Part shown: in pieces, positions 46,661-56,821 of the stretch
Position numbering within the stretch: the stretch's first letter is position 1
How the letters are laid out: each line of letters opens with the position of its first letter
Origin: a virus
Reading direction: 5' to 3' (one strand)
Length of the DNA stretch: 64,000 nt
IMG/VR virus record: IMGVR_UViG_3300042691_008527
Location: 9,888 to 73,887 of that record
Position numbers and translations under genes: made by a program
The notes under the pieces: generated by a model
Databases searched by the model: none
What the model saw: only the letters and a program-made list of their open reading frames with translations
Told to the model about the DNA's origin: nothing

Positions 46661-47104
46661 ATGGCTAAAGTACCACTACCAGAACGAGGACAACCACTTG
46701 ATGTTAGTTATATTTATCAAGTAACAAATGCACTAAATCAGTTATCTGATCAAGTATCAAATGCTACTTATAACTATACAACTATCGATACAGTATCTGC
46801 TGGCAAGCAAAATGTTAAAACTTCTGAAGCTAGAATGATCGGTGGATTTGTTACTGTTGCAAGTAATGCAACTGTTTCAGCATCTAGCACTAAAACTTTT
46901 AATTATACATTTCCAGCAGATTTTAAATATACCCCAATTGTGACGGCTTCACCAATTAATAGTGGAAAAACTGCTGCTGGAGAAAATGTATCAGTTGTAT
47001 TAACAGATGTTACAAGATCAAATGTAAGTGGCCTGGTTAGGTTCAACGCATCTGGTGATGTATCAATAGTTGTAAACCTGATTATCATAGGTATCCCTAA
47101 CTAA
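46661..47104 (+). CDS. Minor tail protein with small C-terminal beta domain
   Basis: FPADFKYTPIVTAS...VNLIIIG pattern; AAGGAG SD. Confidence 0.55.
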   Translation: MAKVPLPERGQPLDVSYIYQVTNALNQLSDQVSNATYNYTTIDTVSAGKQNVKTSEARMIGGFVTVASNATVSASSTKTFNYTFPADFKYTPIVTASPINSGKTAAGENVSVVLTDVTRSNVSGLVRFNASGDVSIVVNLIIIGIPN

Positions 47105-47116
47105 TAGGAGTTTAAA

Positions 47117-47308
47117 TTGATTACTTGTAATAAATGCAAAAAACGCATGTTTGTTGATAGGCAGTATAGTTCTATTCAGCACCTTGAAATTTTTTGCATT
47201 TGCTGCGGATCTCGTAGATTTTTTCATCCACCAGAGAGCTCAATGGAGGGGCTATGGCTACTTCAAAAAGAAAAGACTTTAGCGAAGAATATAATAGTGA
47301 GCCTATAG
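47117..47308 (+). CDS. Zinc-ribbon protein
   Basis: CNKC..MFVD...CICCG; AGGAG SD before TTG. Confidence 0.6.
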   Translation: MITCNKCKKRMFVDRQYSSIQHLEIFCICCGSRRFFHPPESSMEGLWLLQKEKTLAKNIIVSL

Positions 47309-47796
47309 TAAAAGGAAACAAAAAAGTTTGGTTCCTTAATGGTGATTTGGTAAGACCACATCATCATAGTAGGTCTACTGGCATGGTTACATTCTATAAT
47401 ATAACACAGGATAGAATGGAAACCTGTTTTATATCTGACTTTAAAAGAAATAGAGAAAAAGCATATACTGTTGGAGAAACGGCTGAACTAGTTCATAGAC
47501 ATAAAAAATATATGCCAAGATTAATAAAAAGAGGGGTTATCCCACCACCAACTGGATCTCAAAAGGGTGGCAAGACTGGATGGCAAGTAAGATCATATTA
47601 TTCTGAATCGCAGGTAAAAGAGATACGTGATATACTGGCTAGTCTACATATTGGTAGACCACGCAAGGACGGCCTGTTGACAAATAATATGACTCCTAAT
47701 AAACAAGAGTTGACACGTAGAATGGGCGATGGTATACTTACATATACAAAGACTGAGGATGGTAGATTTATCCCAGTTTGGAATGAAAGCATTTAA
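47254..47796 (+). CDS. MerR-like HTH DNA-binding protein
   Basis: AYTVGETAELV..RLIKRGVIPPP..RSYYSESQV winged-helix pattern. Confidence 0.65.
   Translation: MATSKRKDFSEEYNSEPIVKGNKKVWFLNGDLVRPHHHSRSTGMVTFYNITQDRMETCFISDFKRNREKAYTVGETAELVHRHKKYMPRLIKRGVIPPPTGSQKGGKTGWQVRSYYSESQVKEIRDILASLHIGRPRKDGLLTNNMTPNKQELTRRMGDGILTYTKTEDGRFIPVWNESI
47710..47738 (+). promoter_or_regulatory. Consensus promoter TTGACA-17-TATACT inside coding sequence
   Basis: Has TG extension; upstream of replication genes. Confidence 0.7.
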
Positions 47797-47813
47797 TAGT
47801 ACCTGGAGGGGTA

Positions 47814-48026
47814 ATGGTAGAAAAAGATACAACAAAAGTCTCAGTAACGCTTGGATATACCCTTAATTTGGGCAATTTCCAGTCTTTAAGGCTAGATCTT
47901 GGAGTGGTTGACTATACCCGTAGTGAAGAGACAACTAACGACGCTATGGACCGTGTATACCAGTTTGTTGAAAACAAGCTGATCTCAAAAATACAAGAAG
48001 CGAAAGAACAGCTGGCTGACGAGTAA
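47814..48026 (+). CDS. Hypothetical protein
   Basis: GGAGG SD; VTLGYTLNLGNFQSLRLD. Confidence 0.65.
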   Translation: MVEKDTTKVSVTLGYTLNLGNFQSLRLDLGVVDYTRSEETTNDAMDRVYQFVENKLISKIQEAKEQLADE

Positions 48027-48334
48027 TGGCTGACCGCAAAGACCGTATGGCTTTGCTGAGCAGATACTCAAAATTTCATACCCAGCGGTATGAGGCAAAG
48101 CCTTCTCTTAATATTAATGTAGAGCAGTGGGCTGCTGATGCACTTGTTGAGTCCTATGGACTACACGGCTGTTATGATATTTTAGAGTATTACTTTAATG
48201 TAAGCCAAAATCCTTCTTGGAATTATTTTGCATATAATGCAGAGAAGATTTTACAGGCTAAAAAAGATAAAGAGCAAGATGCTAAAGACAGGGCAGAGCG
48301 AAGGAAGATGGCTAAGGAGTGGTTGAGTGAATAA
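48026..48334 (+). CDS. Hypothetical protein (possible helicase loader)
   Basis: Coupled directly upstream of helicase. Confidence 0.55.
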   Translation: MADRKDRMALLSRYSKFHTQRYEAKPSLNINVEQWAADALVESYGLHGCYDILEYYFNVSQNPSWNYFAYNAEKILQAKKDKEQDAKDRAERRKMAKEWLSE

Positions 48335-49553
48335 TACAGAGTCAAAACTAATAAGTGCTGTTCTAGAAGATAAGCAGATGCATGTATTATTACAGGCCAA
48401 TGTGGATAACATCCTTAGAACTCATAGTGATATTTGGAACTTTATGCGCCGATATTTTGAGAGCAATGGTACAGTTCCTCCTAAAACTCTTGTAGTAGAA
48501 AAGTTTAGAGATTTTGTTCCTGCAGAAGATGTTGGATCTACTAAGCATCATCTAGAAGAGTTACAGTCAGAATATCTTACAGATAGCCTTAAAGATATTA
48601 TTCGCAATGCTGCTACAGAAATTCAATCTGGGTCTGGCACAGAGGCATTAAATCAACTTATCACAAAAACTTCTGAGTTAAAGAAAAACACATCTGCAAT
48701 TAGAGATATTGATGCTACTGATCTAGAGTCTGCAGTTGCTTATTTTGAAGAGGTAAAGAAACAAAAAGAAGCAGGTCTTGTTGGTATAAAGACTGGACTT
48801 CCAGGATTTGATAACTATCTTCCAGCAGGTATTATGCCAGGACAACTTGGGGTATTTTTAGCATATCCAGGAATAGGTAAATCATGGCTTGCTTTATACT
48901 TTGCAGTTCAAGCTTGGAAGCAAGGAAAATCCCCATTAATTATTTCTCTTGAAATGTCTGAAACCGAAGTTCGCAATCGTGTATTCACTATTATGGGTGA
49001 AGGCTTGTGGTCGCATAGAAAGATATCTAACGGAGATATTGAAATAGATATGTTAAAGAAATGGCATGCTGATAAATTAGAGGGCAGGCCAGAGTTTCAT
49101 ATTATTTCAAATGACAATGGTGGTGAGATTACGCCATCGGTACTTCGTGGAAAGATTGATCAGTATAAGCCAGACTTTGTTATTGTTGACTATCTTCAGT
49201 TGATGTCGCCTAATCAAAAGTCAGATAATGAAACTGTTCGTATGAAAAATTTATCTCGTGAGCTTAAGCTTATGGCTATTGGTGAAGAGGTTCCTATTAT
49301 TGCTATCTCCTCTGCTACCCCAGACGATGTTACGGATCTGAGTACAGTCCCCACTCTTGGTCAAACGGCGTGGTCTAGGCAGATTGCGTATGATGCTGAC
49401 TGGGTTATGGCTCTAGGTCGTAGTGCCAATAGTGACGTGATTGAGTGTGCCTTTAGAAAGAATCGTAATGGATTTATGGGAGATTTCCTAGTTCAAGTCG
49501 ATTTTGACCGAGGGTATTATAGATATAAAGATTTTGAAGATAAGCAGGTATAA
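48327..49553 (+). CDS. dnaB: DnaB-like replicative helicase
   Basis: Walker A AYPGIGKS, ISLEMS, IVDYLQLM, KNRNG. Confidence 0.9.
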   Translation: MNNTESKLISAVLEDKQMHVLLQANVDNILRTHSDIWNFMRRYFESNGTVPPKTLVVEKFRDFVPAEDVGSTKHHLEELQSEYLTDSLKDIIRNAATEIQSGSGTEALNQLITKTSELKKNTSAIRDIDATDLESAVAYFEEVKKQKEAGLVGIKTGLPGFDNYLPAGIMPGQLGVFLAYPGIGKSWLALYFAVQAWKQGKSPLIISLEMSETEVRNRVFTIMGEGLWSHRKISNGDIEIDMLKKWHADKLEGRPEFHIISNDNGGEITPSVLRGKIDQYKPDFVIVDYLQLMSPNQKSDNETVRMKNLSRELKLMAIGEEVPIIAISSATPDDVTDLSTVPTLGQTAWSRQIAYDADWVMALGRSANSDVIECAFRKNRNGFMGDFLVQVDFDRGYYRYKDFEDKQV

Positions 49554-49559
49554 TATTAT

Positions 49560-49886
49560 GTGCGACAATTTCATCATAAACCAATTAAAAGGGTACACCT
49601 TAGCGGTGAGATTTTTGATGAAGCAGCCATCCCTAGACTTAAAAACGAATACATAAGACTTTTATGTTTTCAAATGAAATCGTCTGGCTATGTGATAAGA
49701 CTTGACATAGAACCAGACTTTACAATAGAATATATAGAAGAAAAGAATATATTTAAGTTTAAACTATCAGTATATGGCGTTTATGTAGGGAGAAAGAGTA
49801 GCGAATGGATATTAGGGATAGACGGAACAAAAGTGATATCTATACAAAAGAGCAGATCAAGAGAGTACTCACAGGAGCAGGTATAG
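49560..49886 (+). CDS. Hypothetical protein
   Basis: 108 aa ORF between helicase and primase; TATAAT 5 nt upstream. Confidence 0.55.
   Translation: MRQFHHKPIKRVHLSGEIFDEAAIPRLKNEYIRLLCFQMKSSGYVIRLDIEPDFTIEYIEEKNIFKFKLSVYGVYVGRKSSEWILGIDGTKVISIQKSRSREYSQEQV
49702..49731 (+). promoter_or_regulatory. Promoter TTGACA-18-TAGAAT upstream of primase
   Basis: Consensus boxes inside the upstream ORF. Confidence 0.45.
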
Positions 49887-50749
49887 ATATAGAGAAAGAG
49901 ATAGACTCTGACTATATTATTTTCTGCCCATTTCATCCAAATCATAGAACACCAGCTGGCGAAGTAGATAAAAGCACTGGAATGTTTTACTGTTTTTCTT
50001 GTCAAAAGATTGCTGATATCATAGAGTTTGTTATGTTTGTTTCTGGTAGATCTTATTTTGAATCTATAAGATTTATTAAAGATAAAGAGCAGAATATTGA
50101 TCTAGAAAAGCAAATCAACCAACAGCTTTATGTTAAGCCAGACTATATTCAGTTTGATGAACTATTAATCAAACGACTAAATACTCAGGCACTGGAATCT
50201 CCTAGGGCAACCACATATTATCATGGTCGCAGAATTACAGAAATGTCTATCAAAAAGTTTCATCTTGGATATTCTGAAAAACAGGACATGGTAACTATAC
50301 CAGTTCATTCTCCAGATGGAATGTGTGTTGGCTTTGTTGGAAGATCTATAGAAGGAAAAGATTTTAAAAATACTCCAGGCCTTCCTAAGTCAAAGGTATT
50401 GTTCAACCTACATAGAATAAAAAATTCTGATAAGGTATACATAGTGGAATCCTCATTTGATGCTATTAGGCTAGATCAGGTCGGGCTACCAGCAATTGCT
50501 ACGCTTGGTGCCAATGTATCAAATACACAAACTGAATTGTTAAAAAAATATTTTAATAACATTATTGTTATAGCTGATAATGATGAAGCTGGTAACAACA
50601 TGAAACAACGAATATCTGATAAACTTGGTTCAAGGGTATCAGTAATCGAAATTGATCCAAAGTATAAAGACATTGGTGATATGGAAGATGAAGCAATAAA
50701 GAAGCTAGAGTATAGGTTTGACAACTCAATCATAGCTATGCTAAAATAG
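49805..50749 (+). CDS. dnaG: DNA primase (CHC2 zinc finger plus TOPRIM)
   Basis: CPFH..CFSC, GFVGR, IVESSFDA, ADNDEAG, KDIGD. Confidence 0.9.
   Translation: MDIRDRRNKSDIYTKEQIKRVLTGAGIDIEKEIDSDYIIFCPFHPNHRTPAGEVDKSTGMFYCFSCQKIADIIEFVMFVSGRSYFESIRFIKDKEQNIDLEKQINQQLYVKPDYIQFDELLIKRLNTQALESPRATTYYHGRRITEMSIKKFHLGYSEKQDMVTIPVHSPDGMCVGFVGRSIEGKDFKNTPGLPKSKVLFNLHRIKNSDKVYIVESSFDAIRLDQVGLPAIATLGANVSNTQTELLKKYFNNIIVIADNDEAGNNMKQRISDKLGSRVSVIEIDPKYKDIGDMEDEAIKKLEYRFDNSIIAMLK
50718..50747 (+). promoter_or_regulatory. Promoter TTGACA-18-TAAAAT for ssb-dnaE
   Basis: In primase 3' end; has TG extension. Confidence 0.65.
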
Positions 50750-50775
50750 AAAAACAGAAACAAGAGGAGAAAAAC

Positions 50776-51429
50776 ATGAGCGTAATTAAGGGACTAAAGA
50801 ATATTAATACCCTGCTCGACAAGTCAAAGGTAGAATCATCAGGAATCAAAGTTCGTTGGGTAAAGCTTGCCGACGGACAATCAGCAAAGATTCGTTTCAT
50901 TGAGGAGTTGGATTCAGATTCAGCACACTACAATGAGATTCGTGGTCTTGCTGCAGTAATCTCAGAGCATGTAAATCCAAAGGATTACAAGCGTCGTGCT
51001 GCATGCACAATGGAATCTATGGGTCGTTGCTTTGGTTGTGAAATGGCACGTAAAGAACCAAAGAGTGGCTGGAGAGCAAGACTTCGATTCTATTGCAACG
51101 TACTAGTTGATGATGGTCTAGAAGATCCATATGTTGCAGTATGGTCTCAGGGTATCAGCAAGCAGTCTGCATTTAATACAATTCGTGAATACGCATTAGA
51201 AACTGGAAGTGTTTCTAACCTTCAGTGGAAGCTAAAGCGTAATGGTCAGGGAACTGAGACTAACTATACCCTCATCCCAACTGCACCAGATGCAGAACCA
51301 TATAAGTGGGATGGCATTGAGCCATACAATCTAGATAAGGTTGTTCGTGAAGTACCGTATCCAGAGCAAGAAGCATTTTACTTCGGCTTTGATACGCCTT
51401 CTACTACTGCTACCAATACAGACTGGTAG
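50776..51429 (+). CDS. Single-stranded DNA-binding protein (gp32-like)
   Basis: KLADGQSAKIRF, H/C..CxxC, KRNGQGTETNY, short tail ending DW; lies between primase and polymerase. Confidence 0.65.
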   Translation: MSVIKGLKNINTLLDKSKVESSGIKVRWVKLADGQSAKIRFIEELDSDSAHYNEIRGLAAVISEHVNPKDYKRRAACTMESMGRCFGCEMARKEPKSGWRARLRFYCNVLVDDGLEDPYVAVWSQGISKQSAFNTIREYALETGSVSNLQWKLKRNGQGTETNYTLIPTAPDAEPYKWDGIEPYNLDKVVREVPYPEQEAFYFGFDTPSTTATNTDW

Positions 51430-51432
51430 TAG

Positions 51433-54400
51433 ATGAACTACGTAGGCTTACATGTCCACACACACTATTCCTTGATGGATGGTGTCGCTACTCCAGAAGA
51501 ATACGTGAACCGAGCAGTTGATCTTGGTATGCCAGCGCTTGCTATCACAGATCATGGTACATTATCTGGGCATAGGGAACTGCACCGTGTTGCAAAAGCA
51601 AAGGGTATTAAGCCTATCCTTGGCGTAGAAGGCTATATGACTACCAATCGCTTTGATAACAGAGCGAAGGCAGATAGAACAGATCCATTAGATCAAAACT
51701 ATCATCATATAGTCCTTCTCGCCAAAAATCAAAAAGGTCTAGAGAATCTTAATAAAATAAATGAGATTGGTTGGACTGAGGGATTTTTTAGTAAGCCAAG
51801 GTTTGATTTTGAAATTTTGTCAAAATACAAAGAAGGAATTATTGTAACATCTGCATGTCTTAGTGGCTGGATAGCAAAGGCTGTAGAACTTGGAGAACTC
51901 GCTATCGCCAAAAAGCATATTACTTGGTTTAAAGAAGAGTTTGGAGATGATTATTATTTAGAGATAATGCCACACAATCCTCCCCATGTTAATAAGGGCA
52001 TTTGTGATTTAGCAGATTCTATGGGGGTCAACCTTGTGGTTACACCAGATTGCCACCATTCAGATACCAGCCAAAAAGAAATACAAGAGCTTATGCTTAT
52101 CCTTAATACACACGCAAAGCTTGAAAAAGATGCAACATATGATAAGTCTAAAAAGTTTGATAACTTCATGGAAAGACTTGATTATTTATATGGTGCAGAT
52201 AGACAAATGAGTTTTAATAAGTTTGACATTCATCTGCTCTCTTATGATGAAATGAAAGCTGCTATGAAAAAGCAAGGCATTGAAAGAGAAGACATGTTTC
52301 AGTCTACCCTAGATATAGCCAACAAGGTAGAAGAATATGACATTAGGTCTGGCATGGATCTATTACCAGTGCAATATCGCAAGCCAATGGAGGAGCTTAA
52401 AAACCTTGCTTGGGAGGCAATGGAAGAAAAGAAGCTTACATCTAACTGGATTGGTAATGATGTATATGAACAAAGACTTTATGAAGAGCTTGATATCATT
52501 GAGCAAAAGAATTTTGGTCCATACTTTCTTGTAGTCCGTAATATGATTAATTGGGCTAAGAAGGAAGGAATCATGGTTGGTCCAGGTCGTGGTTCATCTG
52601 CTGGCTCTTTGCTTTGCTACCTTATTGGTATTACAGATATTGATCCAATTGAACATGGTCTTCTGTTCTTCCGATTTATTAACCCAGAGCGTAATGACTT
52701 CCCAGATATTGATACAGATATTCAAGATTCTAGACGTGATGAAGTAAAAGATTATTTGGTAAGGCAGTATAAACACGTTGCATCTATTGCTACATTTTTA
52801 GAGTTCAAAGATAAAGGTGTTGTTCGTGACGTAGCAAGATCACTCAATATACCACTAGCAGATGTTAATAAAGTGCTAAAACTTGTAGATACATGGGATG
52901 AATTTTGTACATCTAGAACTACACAATGGTTTAGAGATAAATATCCAGAAGTAGAAAAATATGGAGAACAACTTCGTGGTCGCATTCGTGGAACTGGTAT
53001 TCATGCTGCTGGTGTTGTAACAAGTAAAGAGCCTATCTTTAGACATGCTCCATTAGAGACACGATCATCTACTGGCAGTGACGAAAGAATTCCCGTTGTT
53101 GCAGTCGATATGGAAGAAGCTGAACGTATCGGTCTAATTAAGATTGATGCTCTTGGTCTAAAAACACTAAGCGTACTGAAGGACACCTTAAATATCATTG
53201 AGGAAAGACACGATAAAAAGATTGATCTATTATCTATTGATATGGAAGATGTTAAAGTATATGAGATGCTTTCAGATGGATATACAAAGGGTGTATTTCA
53301 ATGCGAAGCAACTCCATATACAAACCTTCTGGTTAAAATGGGTGTGAAAAATTTATCAGAACTTGCTGCATCAAATGCTCTTGTACGCCCTGGCGCTATG
53401 AATACTATTGGAAAAGAATATATTGAGCGTAAGCATGGTAGACATAACATTAATTATTTGCATCAAATTCTTAAGCCATTCACAGAAGAAACATATGGGT
53501 GTATCCTATACCAGGAACAGGTTATGCAGGCTTGCGTTGAATTGGGTGGTATGACAATGGCAGAGGCAGACAAGGTTCGTAAGATCATTGGTAAAAAGAA
53601 GGATGCTAAGGAGTTTAATGTCTTTCAAGATAAGTTTGTTGCTGGTGCTTCTAAGTTTATTAGTCCTAATAATGCTTTGGATCTATGGAAAGACTTTGAG
53701 GCGCATGCGGGATATTCGTTCAACAAGTCTCATGCGGTTGCTTACTCTACGCTCTCGTATTGGACGGCATGGCTAAAGTATCATTATCCGCTTGAGTTCA
53801 TGTATTCTTTATTAAAAAATGAAAAAGATAAAGATGCAAGAACTGAATACCTTATTGAAGCAAAAAGAATGGGGATTAGCATTAAACTACCTCATATTAA
53901 TGATTCAGATATTGATTTTAAGATTGAAGGTAAGGGTATTCGGTTTGGACTTAGTGCTATTAAATTTATATCTGATAAAATTGCAGAAAGATATATTGCA
54001 GCACGACCATTTAGTTCGTATAAAGAACTTGAAGAGTTTACCTTTACTAAAGGAAATGGGGTAAATAGTAGAGCACTGCAGGCATTAAGAGTTATTGGTG
54101 CTGCAACATTTACAGACAATCCAAGAAATGATGATGAGATTCGTGAAAACCTCTACGAATATTTAAACCTTCCAGAGTTTAATATATCTGTTCCATCTCA
54201 TTATCATGCATTTATAAATCCAGTAGAAGATTATGAAGAAAAGGGATCTTTCATATTGATGGGTATGATAAAATCAATTAAGAGATCTAAGGGTTGGTCA
54301 AGAGTAGAGTTGTTAGATAAAACAGGTAGTGTTGGTATATTTGATGAAGAAAATACCACTATTGAGATTGGCCGTACATATATTATTCTTGCAAGCGATA

Positions 54401-54717
54401 ATAGAATTGTATCTGCAGTCCCTGTTGATGAGATATCAAACTCTAAAGATGCTCTGATAAGATTTCTTAACTACAGAATGCTTCCGTTTAAAGATGAAGA
54501 AATGTTTGTAGTTTCATTTAAGCCAAGAGTAACTAAGGCTGGCAAGAAAATGGCTTCCCTTACTCTTGCAGATACATCTAGAGATTTGCACTCTGTGGTC
54601 GTGTTTCCTACCCAGTTTGCAAAAGCATATATGAAGATAGAAGAAGGAAGCGCATATAAGTTTAGTTTTGGCAAAACAAAAGACGGAACCGTTATATTGG
54701 AGGATATACATGTTTGA
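51433..54717 (+). CDS. dnaE: DNA polymerase III alpha subunit
   Basis: PHP HVHTHYS, TDHG; GPGRGSSAGS, FPDIDTD, HAAGVV, KIDALGL, FNKSH. Confidence 0.95.
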   Translation: MNYVGLHVHTHYSLMDGVATPEEYVNRAVDLGMPALAITDHGTLSGHRELHRVAKAKGIKPILGVEGYMTTNRFDNRAKADRTDPLDQNYHHIVLLAKNQKGLENLNKINEIGWTEGFFSKPRFDFEILSKYKEGIIVTSACLSGWIAKAVELGELAIAKKHITWFKEEFGDDYYLEIMPHNPPHVNKGICDLADSMGVNLVVTPDCHHSDTSQKEIQELMLILNTHAKLEKDATYDKSKKFDNFMERLDYLYGADRQMSFNKFDIHLLSYDEMKAAMKKQGIEREDMFQSTLDIANKVEEYDIRSGMDLLPVQYRKPMEELKNLAWEAMEEKKLTSNWIGNDVYEQRLYEELDIIEQKNFGPYFLVVRNMINWAKKEGIMVGPGRGSSAGSLLCYLIGITDIDPIEHGLLFFRFINPERNDFPDIDTDIQDSRRDEVKDYLVRQYKHVASIATFLEFKDKGVVRDVARSLNIPLADVNKVLKLVDTWDEFCTSRTTQWFRDKYPEVEKYGEQLRGRIRGTGIHAAGVVTSKEPIFRHAPLETRSSTGSDERIPVVAVDMEEAERIGLIKIDALGLKTLSVLKDTLNIIEERHDKKIDLLSIDMEDVKVYEMLSDGYTKGVFQCEATPYTNLLVKMGVKNLSELAASNALVRPGAMNTIGKEYIERKHGRHNINYLHQILKPFTEETYGCILYQEQVMQACVELGGMTMAEADKVRKIIGKKKDAKEFNVFQDKFVAGASKFISPNNALDLWKDFEAHAGYSFNKSHAVAYSTLSYWTAWLKYHYPLEFMYSLLKNEKDKDARTEYLIEAKRMGISIKLPHINDSDIDFKIEGKGIRFGLSAIKFISDKIAERYIAARPFSSYKELEEFTFTKGNGVNSRALQALRVIGAATFTDNPRNDDEIRENLYEYLNLPEFNISVPSHYHAFINPVEDYEEKGSFILMGMIKSIKRSKGWSRVELLDKTGSVGIFDEENTTIEIGRTYIILASDNRIVSAVPVDEISNSKDALIRFLNYRMLPFKDEEMFVVSFKPRVTKAGKKMASLTLADTSRDLHSVVVFPTQFAKAYMKIEEGSAYKFSFGKTKDGTVILEDIHV

Positions 54718-55027
54718 TGACTTGGCTGAAAAGATACATAAAAATGCAGTAGACAAAGGTTTTTGGGATCGACCTGCAGATGAAATATTTGTTGCAAAAC
54801 AGATGATGATGATTGTCTCCGAAGTGGTTGAGGCAATGGAGGTTGTCCGAAAAGATATGGATCCAGATAAGCTATCTGATGAGTTTGCTGATATTATCAT
54901 TCGCACCCTTGATCTTTATGCTGGCATGGTTGATGCAGGGTATATGAAAAAGTCGCTTGATTATGCTATTAAAGAAAAGATGGAAGTAAATTCCTCTAGA
55001 CCAAAGAAGCATGGGGTTCGTTTCTAA
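54710..55027 (+). CDS. MazG-like nucleotide pyrophosphohydrolase
   Basis: GGAGG SD before ATG 54710; SEVVEAME..DEFADIIIR..KMEVN. Confidence 0.75.
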   Translation: MFDDLAEKIHKNAVDKGFWDRPADEIFVAKQMMMIVSEVVEAMEVVRKDMDPDKLSDEFADIIIRTLDLYAGMVDAGYMKKSLDYAIKEKMEVNSSRPKKHGVRF

Positions 55028-56046
55028 TGACAGTTACAGTAGAAGATGTTTTGGCTCAACTAGATCCTAGAATTAGGAAAAGACTAGGAACTGGTGAGGG
55101 AATAAAGATTGAATATCAACAAACCCCAAGTTTTGGTTTGAATAGAGCTCTAAATGGTGGTTTACCATATGGTAGACAGATTTTAATTTGGGGCAGCAAG
55201 TCTAGCGCTAAGTCATCATTTTGTTTACAAATGATAGCTTTAGCTCAACAAGAAGGCAAGCTTTGTGCATGGATTGATGCAGAAATGTCATATTCTGAAG
55301 ACTGGGCTCACAGGCTAGGTGTTGATACATCTAAGTTGATATATTCACAAGCAAGGACTATCAATGATATGGTAGATGTTGCGGTAGGCCTAATGGAAGC
55401 TGGTGTTGATATAATAGTAGTAGACAGTATCACATCGCTGCTGCCTGCAGTTTATTTTGAAAAGGACTCTGATGAACTTAAACAGCTTGAGAATACGAAA
55501 CAGATTGGTGCAGAATCTAGGGATTTTAGCAACGCATGGAAAATGCTTAATTACGCAAACAATAAAGTTAAGCCTACTATGCTTGTTCTTATTTCTCAAT
55601 CTCGTAATAATATTAGTGCTATGTATACTAGCCAGCAGCCTAGCGGTGGTCAAGCTACTAAATTCTACTCTTCGACGGTTATTAAACTATTCTCTTCAGA
55701 GTCAGATAATCAAGCAATTAAGGGTAAACTTGAGGTGGGGGACAAGATTATTGAAGAGAAAACTGGTCGTAAGGTACGATGGGATTTACAGTTTTCTAAA
55801 ACCTCTCCTGCTTTTCAGTCTGGCGAGTATGACTTTTATTTTAGGGGAGATTCTGTGGGTATTGATAGCATTGGCGATCTTGTTGATACAGCAGAAATGA
55901 TGGGTATTGTAAATAGAACTGGCGCTTGGTATCAGCTTGAAGATGGTACAAAGGTACAAGGTCGTGACGGATTTATTGCAAGAGTTCGTGAAGATTTAGA
56001 TTTGCAAGAATCCATAAAGTCTAAGGTTTTAAATGTCGGGAAATAA
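55027..56046 (+). CDS. recA: RecA-like recombinase
   Basis: GGLPYGR, WIDAE, IVVDSI, ISQSR, GGQATKFYSS, GAWY. Confidence 0.9.
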   Translation: MTVTVEDVLAQLDPRIRKRLGTGEGIKIEYQQTPSFGLNRALNGGLPYGRQILIWGSKSSAKSSFCLQMIALAQQEGKLCAWIDAEMSYSEDWAHRLGVDTSKLIYSQARTINDMVDVAVGLMEAGVDIIVVDSITSLLPAVYFEKDSDELKQLENTKQIGAESRDFSNAWKMLNYANNKVKPTMLVLISQSRNNISAMYTSQQPSGGQATKFYSSTVIKLFSSESDNQAIKGKLEVGDKIIEEKTGRKVRWDLQFSKTSPAFQSGEYDFYFRGDSVGIDSIGDLVDTAEMMGIVNRTGAWYQLEDGTKVQGRDGFIARVREDLDLQESIKSKVLNVGK

Positions 56047-56224
56047 TTACACTATATATTATGGACAGTTCCCTTGCAGAACATGCGGGGAAGAGGTAAA
56101 GTCAATAAGAGTTTATCCAAATACTGGCCAATCAACTTGGATGTGTAGTAAAAAACATTTATCTAGATCTCAACTTTATGTTGTAGGATATAAAAAGAAA
56201 AAGGACTATGAGCGAAAGATCTGA
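56033..56224 (+). CDS. Small zinc-binding protein
   Basis: CxxC...CxxxH. Confidence 0.55.
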   Translation: MSGNNYTIYYGQFPCRTCGEEVKSIRVYPNTGQSTWMCSKKHLSRSQLYVVGYKKKKDYERKI

Positions 56225-56501
56225 AAGTAAAAGACTTGGCGCTAAGCAACATAAAAATTCTGGTAGAAATACTAAAAAGGGTGATGCTTCCTGGGATAGA
56301 TTTACTGTAGATTTTAAGGAAAACTCAAAATCATTTACATTAAATAAAGATGTGTGGGCTAAGGCTACTACTGATGCAATAAGAAACGGAAATGATCCAA
56401 TCATTATTGTAATTCTAGGAGAAAATGGCGTAAAGACAAGGCTTGGTATAATTGAGGTAGAAGTGCTTGAAGAGATACTTGGAGAAGACTATGGAAAATA
56501 A
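56208..56501 (+). CDS. PD-(D/E)xK nuclease, Holliday junction resolvase-like
   Basis: E..NSGR..KGD..VDFK pattern. Confidence 0.55.
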   Translation: MSERSESKRLGAKQHKNSGRNTKKGDASWDRFTVDFKENSKSFTLNKDVWAKATTDAIRNGNDPIIIVILGENGVKTRLGIIEVEVLEEILGEDYGK

Positions 56502-56811
56502 TAATACTGAACAATCTGGCACTACTTTGGAGATGGTCAATGGACTTTCCGAAATAGCAGAATATATGAACGATGAAGAGCTTACTGTGGCCCTGACCAT
56601 GATTGCAAAACTCATTATTAAGCCAGATATTCCAATGAACGTTGCTACCCTTGAAATTGTAAGGCTACAAGCTATTGCAGCAAAGATGTCTTTCAAAGCT
56701 ACATGGATGACAAATGTTGATAAGTCTGATAGGGGAAAGAAGAATATTTATTACACGGCAGCCGAAGCTATTAATAGTTTGGTGTCAGCTCTGAAGTATA
56801 TTACCAGGTAA
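56491..56811 (+). CDS. Hypothetical helical protein
   Basis: GGAG SD before ATG 56491. Confidence 0.6.
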   Translation: MENNNTEQSGTTLEMVNGLSEIAEYMNDEELTVALTMIAKLIIKPDIPMNVATLEIVRLQAIAAKMSFKATWMTNVDKSDRGKKNIYYTAAEAINSLVSALKYITR

Positions 56812-56812
56812 C

Positions 56813-56821
56813 TGGTATAAT
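56813..56821 (+). promoter_or_regulatory. Extended -10 promoter (TGG-TATAAT)
   Basis: Intergenic. Confidence 0.6.

Noticed and set aside
51433-54717. Intein or intron in dnaE (also checked nrdJ, dnaB, recA, terminase)
   Set aside because: Lengths are ordinary, frames uninterrupted and no splicing or homing-endonuclease motifs seen
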